DNA from: Tubiluchus corallicola
Lineage: Eukaryota; Animalia; Priapulida
NCBI GenBank assembly: GCA_030141605.1
Contig: JAQGDQ010001687.1
Span: forward strand, 1-29,437
DNA: 29,437 bases
Direction of reading: 5' to 3'
A model generated the notes under the pieces. That model was not told the DNA's origin. It made no database searches and worked only from the letters and a program-made list of their open reading frames with translations. Shown here in pieces: positions 21,970-29,437 of the stretch (positions are counted from its first letter, which is position 1; the number at the start of each line of letters is the position of its first letter). The position numbers and the translations under genes are program-made.

Positions 21970-22907
21970 TATCTGTGAACTACCTGACAAGAGCATAAAA
22001 TCTCTAGCTACCGAGCTAAGGAAGTCTTTACGCAGGATTTTAGAGATCACATGCATCTCATATTCGACTATGACTCATCGTATCTCTGGAATCTTACCAT
22101 TTAATGTTTTAATAGCAAAACAAATTCAAAAGTTGTACAGCCATGTAAAATATATGCAAGACAACGAGATTATGAGATGCCTGCCTTTCCTAAATCATAA
22201 TACAACCGTAACGACAATGAGCAAGAATCGTGTGATCATATATTCAACAAGGTTAATAAATGGAATGGTTTTAATGGTTTAATGGAACTTTTTGTGTTAC
22301 GAGCTTTTTTGGCCACTTAATGGTGATTAGACGCTTTTCCAGTGATGAAGTGAAAGAGGTGTTACTATACTTGTTAATTAATTAACTAAATGTTGTAGCA
22401 AATGTATAATATTCAACAAAACTAATGTTATACTGTTTAATACTAATCAATTTTATTGATGTAAATATTGTAATGTTTAATTAATGTATGATTGAAATGT
22501 AACACTTACTTGCAAAATAAATAATATGTATATGATACTAAGGATTTTTATTCTCTTTTACATCATTTTTACATCATGGCTGCCCCTACAGTTACGCCTG
22601 ATCAAGTTCAATTGATAATTTTAAAAATAGTCTGAAAACTGATTATTTCAATGAAGCCTTCTGTGGTTGAGCTAGTCTTGTATTTTTTACGATTGTGTAT
22701 GTTTAATGGCATTGCTTTTATTATTTTACTAAATTTTCTGTGCTTTTATTAGTTTTCCTTTTGTGTCATATTCAAAGTACTTTTAATCAATCAGTGTGCC
22801 GTTGTCTTAAATATCTTATGAATTAATTTTTTTAGTAATTTTGATGATCTTTTATTTGTAAGATGCATTTGATCATCATGCAAAATGCATTAAAAATGTT
22901 CAATAAA

Positions 22908-23187
<280 letters not shown>

Positions 23188-23310
23188 TTTCCAAAACTAA
23201 CTGCCTTGTTCGTGTTATAGTATATATTATATATTCATATTGTCTTTTCATTTTTCTAATTCTGTCATCAGTATTGATGAAATGATGAAATTTGTGTCAT
23301 TTTTTTGTAG

Positions 23311-23442
23311 ATCGTGGGCGTGGAGTTTGTTTATTTTATCCAGAAGAACTCCCTGGACCGTCGTGCAAGGACATTGAAGATTCAAGCTCACAACGAAAGC
23401 TTCAGCAGTAGAATTATCATCAGGGAAGATTGTCTTTATTCA
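23311..23442 (+). CDS. SEC14L1: SEC14L1 third coding exon
   Basis: tttttgtag|ATC...TCA|gtaagt; IVGVEFVYFIQKNSLDRRARTLKIQAHNESFSSRIIIREDCLYS; 132 nt, phase 0/0; next exon not found in the window. Confidence 0.95.
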
Positions 23443-23478
23443 GTAAGTGACTGTTTTCATTCCCCAAGAAGTATTTTC

Positions 23479-24407
23479 ACTTTTCAGCGTAGATCAACAA
23501 TAGTTGTTTTGGTTGTACTTTTCATCATAGATCAACAATAGTTGTTTTGGTTGTACTTTTCATCATAGATCAACAATAGTTGTTTTGCTTGTACTTTTCA
23601 CCATAGATCAACAATAGTTGTTTTGCTTGTACTTTTCATCGAGGATCAACAATAGTTGTTTTGCTTGTACTTTTCATCACGGATCAGGAATAGTTGTTTT
23701 GCTTGTACTTTTCATCGTGGATCAACAATAGTTGTTTTGCTTGTACTTTTCATCATGAATCAACAATAGTTGTTTTGCTTGTACTTTTCATCACGGATCA
23801 ACAATAGTTGTTTTGCTTATACTTTTCATCATGGATCAACAATAGTTGTTTTGCTTGTGCTTTTCATCATGAATCAACAATAGTTGTTTTGCTTGTACTT
23901 TTCATCACGGATCAGCAATAGTTGTTTTGCTTGTACTTTTCATCACGGATCAACAATAGTTGTTTTGCTTGTACTTTTCATCATGGATCAACAATAGTTG
24001 TTTTGCTTGTACTTTTCATCACGGATCAACAATAGTTGTTTTGCTTGTACTTTTCATCGTGGATCAACAATAGTTGTTTCGCTTGTACTTTTCATCGTAG
24101 ATCAACAATAGTTGTTTTGTTTGTACTTTTCATCATGGATCAACAATAGTTGTTTCGCTTGTACTTTTCATCGTAGATCAACAATAGTTGTTTTGTTTGT
24201 ACTTTTCATCATGGATCAACAATAGTTGTTTTGCTTGTACTTTTCATCGTGGATCAACAATAGTTGTTTCGCTTGTACTTTTCATCGTAGATCAACAATA
24301 GTTGTTTTGTTTGTACTTTTCATCATGGATCAACAATAGTTGTTTTGCTTGTACTTTTCAGCGTGGATCAACAATAGTTGTTTTGCTTGTACTTTTCATC
24401 ACGGATC
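23479..24407. repeat. 38-bp minisatellite, about 24 copies
   Basis: Unit GATCAACAATAGTTGTTTTGCTTGTACTTTTCATCAYG, head to tail, no spacers. Confidence 0.97.
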
Positions 24408-25181
24408 TAGATTCGAAAATTCCGAAATGACTTTCGGTTTGATCTAAGATTGAGAGTCAGAAATTCATTTCGATTTGAATTCGCTTTCTAGTAGAGAATG
24501 CTCATACTTTGTTACAAGCGTGTTTGAGCAAGGTCATAAATTACACAGAGTGCATCGTTATGATGGTCAACCTTTCATTTATTGTGAGCTTAAAACAATA
24601 AACTAACTATAGACAAGGTTGTTTCAGCACCTGTTACAAGGTAAGATTAACAAATAACGTTTGCTGGGGTTAGCGGTCAATGGATGTCCTTGTGGTTGCT
24701 TGTGTCGAAAACATTCTAATCTCAAATGCAAATGTTTGACGGAAGAAAGAGTGCAGTTCAAAAACTTTGTACAGATGTTCTTATCACTACTCAGAGATCA
24801 TGGATGCTGATGATTTGCTACCGTGGATAAAATACGAGTCAAATCGATGCTTAAAATTTCGATTTCGAACTAAATTCGAATTTGATTTTAACACTTTTTC
24901 CAATCAATTTTGAATCCTTAATGGAATTTATTGTATGAATTACCTTAGTGGAAAAGTTGAAGAGCTCTATAATTGGGTTGATACAATAGTATCAGTGAAA
25001 TGCTAGATCCTTCAATTGTCAGATGGAATTAACGTCTTTTTCTAAAAACTAAATCTTAAGTAGTTCCAAAAAAAGCTACCAAATAATATTTTCATGCTCA
25101 ATTATATAATTTATTATTGTTCAAAATTTTGCCCTTTTTGAAACTAAATACGGTTTCTCATGTGGTTTTCATGAAACTTGC

Positions 25182-25858
25182 AACTTTAGTATTATCAGTT
25201 ACCTCTAAAGTTAAATTTTAATTGAGTTTCTAAATCTAGCAACTTGATTATAGACTTTCAATAAGCCTTTTCACAGTTTCGCTATGTTCACACGTAGTTG
25301 CAGTACGTCATTAGTAACTTCAGTATTATCAGTTACCATTAAAAGTTAAATTTTAATTGAGTTTCTAAATCTAGCAACTTGATTATAGACTTTCAATAAG
25401 CCTTTTCACAGTTTCGCTATGTTCACACGTAGTTGCAGTACGTCATTAGTAACTTCAGTATTATCAGTTACCATTAAAAGTTAAATTTTAATTGAGTTTC
25501 TAAATCTAGCAACTTGATTATAGACTTTCAATAAGCCTTTTCACAGTTTCGCTATGTTCACACGTAGTTGCAGTACGTCATTAGTAACTTCAGTATTATC
25601 AGTTACCATTAAAAGTTAAATTTTAATTGAGTTTCTAAATCTAGCAACTTGATTATAGACTTTCAATAAGCCTTTTCACAGTTTCGCTATGTTCACACGT
25701 AGTTGCAGTACGTCATTAGTAACTTCAGTATTATCAGTTACCATTAAAAGTTAAATTTTAATTGAGTTTCTAAATTTAGAAACTTGATTATAGACTTTCA
25801 ATAAGCCTTTTCACAGTTTCGCTATGTTCACACGCAGTTGCAGTACGTCATTAGTAAC
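25182..25858. repeat. 135-bp tandem repeat, 5 copies
   Basis: Units start at 25182, 25316, 25451, 25586, 25721; inner copies appear identical. Confidence 0.97.
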
Positions 25859-26643
25859 CACTGTTGTTTTGCGTGAACTTTACTTAATTATGCATTAGTC
25901 TGTTCGCAGAGTGATTAACTAGCAGGTTCTTGCTTGGTAGTGAACAAGAAAAAATGAGCTAGGTAAGGTTCTAGCTAGCTGTTAAAGCTGTTACTATTAC
26001 AGTAGCAATGTAGGGCTGCGAGGCATTGTCCAAGTGTACGCAAATGCGTTTTCTGATGACCTTTGACCTTTTCACGATCATCGGCAATCGCTGGAACTGT
26101 GAAAAGGCTTATTGGTATGTTCAGAGAATGAAGTCGTTTGCTGCCTGGTGGAAAATGTGTCATATCCAGGTAAGGTAAATGTGGTAGGTTAGCTGAGCCA
26201 GTGAACGTCGCTTGATTGATTTTTTCCATACATGAATACACGGCGTGATCGATTAGCTAAAGTAACTCTTTGTTGGTAACAAATACTGAATGAATTACGT
26301 TTTACCAGTTTGCGGCATGAATGGCAGCGAATATTGACAGATTGAGCTGCATCTGAGGCTCGGTAGGTTTGCTAATGTTTGTACAACATCTGACAGCAAA
26401 TATTAGTACAGCTTCAGTACATGAACGATGTATTACAGTTATGTGTGGTCGAAGTAATAGTTCTTGTGAATGGGTAGAATTGACACATGAAATGATTGTG
26501 TGAATGGGTATGTGACAGAAGAAATAAGTGGAATAAATGTTACATGGCAGATGAAATAATTTATGTAAGATTAGACAAACAGTGCATGTTTCTCCACTTA
26601 GGCAAACCAGGTTGAGGCTTTTTACCCAATTTGGCATTCCCTA

Positions 26644-27554
26644 AGGGTCATTTCACAGTGAGGACGCGCGGCAAAAAGCCTCAAGCGGAAATACCTTGCG
26701 GCATTCCTCACTAAAATGCAACACATTGTTGTCTGTGTCCCATTTCACGTGAGGACGCATGACAAAATTCCTCGTGCAATTCCTCTGAGGAATTCTGCTG
26801 CCAGCTAGAAGCTATGCATCCTCCTTGTGAGGAATTTTGCCGCATAATAGAAATACTGCATGTTACACTTTCGTGAAGAATCCTCGCTGAATTGAGTTTT
26901 AAGTTTAACTACTCAATTACCTCTTTCTTATTTAATGAACAAAAATTAACACGTTCAGCATAAAATTGTAAGATTCAGTCTCTCTTTTAACAGACTGACG
27001 ATTTTAAGTTTTATTAATGCAACATCGATGGCTATATTCATGAAAAAGAAAAATATCGCACGCATATATTTATTTTATATGTATGTATATTTTCAGATTT
27101 TGAAGTGGTTAGTAGAACTTTACTAAAAAAAACAAAGAAATCTGACATTACATTGACAACATTATTAATTGTACTTTGTATTTGAGAAGTATGGCAAGTA
27201 TAACTCAATTTAGACATAATTATACAGACTAACATTATTAATTGTACTTTGTATTTGAGAAGTACAGCAAGTATAACTCAATTTTGACTTAATTATACAG
27301 ACTAACATTATTAATTGTACTTTGTATTTGAGAAGTATGGCAAGTATAACTCAATTTAGACATAATTATACAGTATAATATTCGCAAAGTAGCTGCAGCT
27401 AACTGGATGCACGGAAAAAAAGCCGCGCGGTTTCTGAACTTTCTTGTTGCATTTGATTTCGAAAAAAATTGGAAATTTTTAGAAAATTTTCTGATTTTCT
27501 GACAGCACTTTTGTGTGTCTTTTTTTCCTTGCGTCCTCGCTATAAAATGGGCCT
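26644..27554. mobile_element. Non-autonomous TIR DNA transposon, copy 2, with internal 73-bp triplication
   Basis: ta|agggtcatttcacagtgaggacgc ... gcgtcctcgctataaaatgggcct|ta; colinear with 8849-9617; 73-bp units at 27158, 27231, 27304. Confidence 0.9.
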
Positions 27555-28143
27555 TAGAGATCCAATAAAAATACATGGAGCAATATCCCAATTGCATAGT
27601 TTAAGAATTTGTGATACATTTTCAGTGGATCTTTTGAAATATTGATTGATTACTTTTGCAGCGTTAGCTTTTCAGAAAAATGCTGGTAACATTGATTTGC
27701 AACTGTTGACTATACATAACTTGTACGACTTGTGAAAATTATTATGTAGCTTATAAAATATTTAATATATGAAATTTCACAAACTATTTATTTATATTTT
27801 TAGCTTAAATATTATTAAAATGAAATGAAATGGTGCATTTTATGGCCATTCAGTTTTTTGGCAGATTATGTAGTATTTGTGCACGATGAATTTTCAGATG
27901 TGGTCTGGTTTCTTTTGAGCTCTTGCCCTAAACGCTCACCGAAAATGAACTTTAGGATTAATCTTTATTATTCTTTTCATATTTGGGCGTTGTAGATCTA
28001 AGCCTGCAATCAATTTCACATTTGTAGAGCAAAGTACAAGATTAGTCTATTCTACAATGGTTCTGCAAACAAAATAAAATATGAACTAATATTAAGTGGA
28101 AGGCCTGTTTAATGGTTGTTGTCAAGAATGATACTTAGTTTAT

Positions 28144-28486
28144 GTCCTAGGATCTAGGGTGGATCCACGATTGGTACTAGATGCCGAGGTCTTCTGCAGT
28201 GTTCTAGGGTCTAGGGTGGATCCATGATTGGTACTAGATGCAGAGGTCTTCCGCAGTGTTCTAGGGTCTAGGGTGGATCCACGATTGGTACTAGATGCAG
28301 AGGTCTTCCTCGGTGTCCTAGGATCTAGGGTGGATCCACGATTGGTACTAGATGCGGAGGTCTTCCTCAGTGTCCTAGGACTAGGTTGGATCCACGATTG
28401 GTACTAGATGCAGAGGTCTTCCTCAGTGTCCTAGGATCTAGGGTGGATCCACGACTGGTACTAGATGCAGAGGTCTTCCTCAGTGT
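28144..28486. repeat. 57-bp palindrome-rich tandem repeat, 6 copies
   Basis: Unit GTCCTAGGATCTAGGGTGGATCCACGATTGGTACTAGATGCAGAGGTCTTCCTCAGT. Confidence 0.96.
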
Positions 28487-28829
28487 TGTCACGGAAATGC
28501 GAGGGCAGCTCAATAATCATCTGTTAACTTGCATTTCGTGCGTCAAATATACCCTGGATTATATAATGACATTTTTCGATTTCTGCATTTTATATAGAAT
28601 TTCATTTTTTCTACTTTCTGTAATTTCACTTGTCCTCCTACTGATTTGTTGAAAATTGAGCTCATTACTTGGCTACACTGAGCAGGCAGGGTTATAAATA
28701 ATGACTTGGCTTCTTTCCCACCTGGTTTACCTTTACCAGGGGTTTCGCTTAAATTGTCGGCAAAAAGTTTGCGATGTTTTTCAGGAAAACGTATTTCTAG
28801 GAGAATAGGAGAAGTAAAGAGAATTTTAA

Positions 28830-29287
28830 CCCTTTCAGTCCCAAATTATTTTTTTAATAAGAAATTTTTTTGCCTTGGTACTTTTGTTCACTCTGTCCAT
28901 CTTGTTTACACATAATAATTATTTTTTTCTACCTGTGCCCGCGTGCTAAATATAGCCTGAATCCCACGGGATACATTGGGGTTCAATTGAAGCATCAAAT
29001 GTGCTTCATTTTGCAACTGCTGATAATTTTTTAAAGTATTTAAGACATTTAGTATGCATGCTATGCTGATCTGTACAAAGTCGTCTCTAAAGTACTGTAC
29101 CTTGCGCAGTTTTTTATGCTATGTAGATTTTCTAGTTTGCCATTTTATCACTATTTTTAGTCTATTGTTATTGGATTAAATCAAAGTAACTATTAACAGA
29201 TCAAATAACTCTCAGTTTTAAAATTTTATTAATTTTAAAGGCAGAAAATATTCTCGTATCCCACGGGATACAACGGGTATGAAAGGG
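28830..29287. mobile_element. piggyBac-type MITE (458 bp)
   Basis: TTAA|CCCTTTCAGTCCC ... GGGTATGAAAGGG|TTAA; internal ATCCCACGGGAT palindrome twice. Confidence 0.88.
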
Positions 29288-29437
29288 TTAATGTACATCC
29301 CTAAAAACTTTTCATGCAAAGCTGTGTTGCTTGACATTACGTTTACCTGTTTCAACTTAATGTGAATACCATTTCCATTCCTATTTATGTAAATAGGAAA
29401 AGAAATTTTTTAGTAAATTAAAATGTTCAATTTATAC

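Noticed and set aside
21970-22030. tRNA-derived head on the minus strand (TAGCTCGGTAG A-box-like)
   Set aside because: No convincing B box, cloverleaf or TSD.
23479-24407. CRISPR-like array (38-bp partly palindromic repeats)
   Set aside because: No unique spacers, no cas genes, eukaryotic intron.
28144-28652. Repeat-protein exon, or tandem hammerhead (CUGAGGA on the minus strand)
   Set aside because: One unit has an in-frame TGA and another a 1-nt deletion; no GAAA follows a stem II, so no hammerhead core.

Overview
AT-rich animal genomic DNA, probably an invertebrate (the 5S-like segment resembles lophotrochozoan 5S). Two spliced genes lie on the + strand. The first is the last five coding exons (1815-8122) of a 15-hydroxyprostaglandin dehydrogenase-like short-chain dehydrogenase; its first exon with the GxxxGxG motif is not seen and presumably lies upstream of the window. 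The second is the first three coding exons (11962-23442, PRELI/MSF1 domain) of SEC14L1/real-time, which continues past the window. Nearly all other listed ORFs are artefacts of repeats. The introns hold many small mobile elements. Main points: (1) a 578-bp internally deleted RTE retroposon that starts exactly at the cleavage site of a twister ribozyme and whose 17-bp target duplication copied an exon/intron junction; (2) a 5S-rRNA-headed SINE and a headless copy of the same body, each with its own TSD; (3) a Penelope-like inverted repeat ending in a minimal hammerhead with a U3-A8 core. Also present: a sense solo LTR, several MITEs (one piggyBac-type), a MITE subterminal motif expanded into a minisatellite, and several tandem arrays. 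No CRISPR or prokaryotic system is supported.
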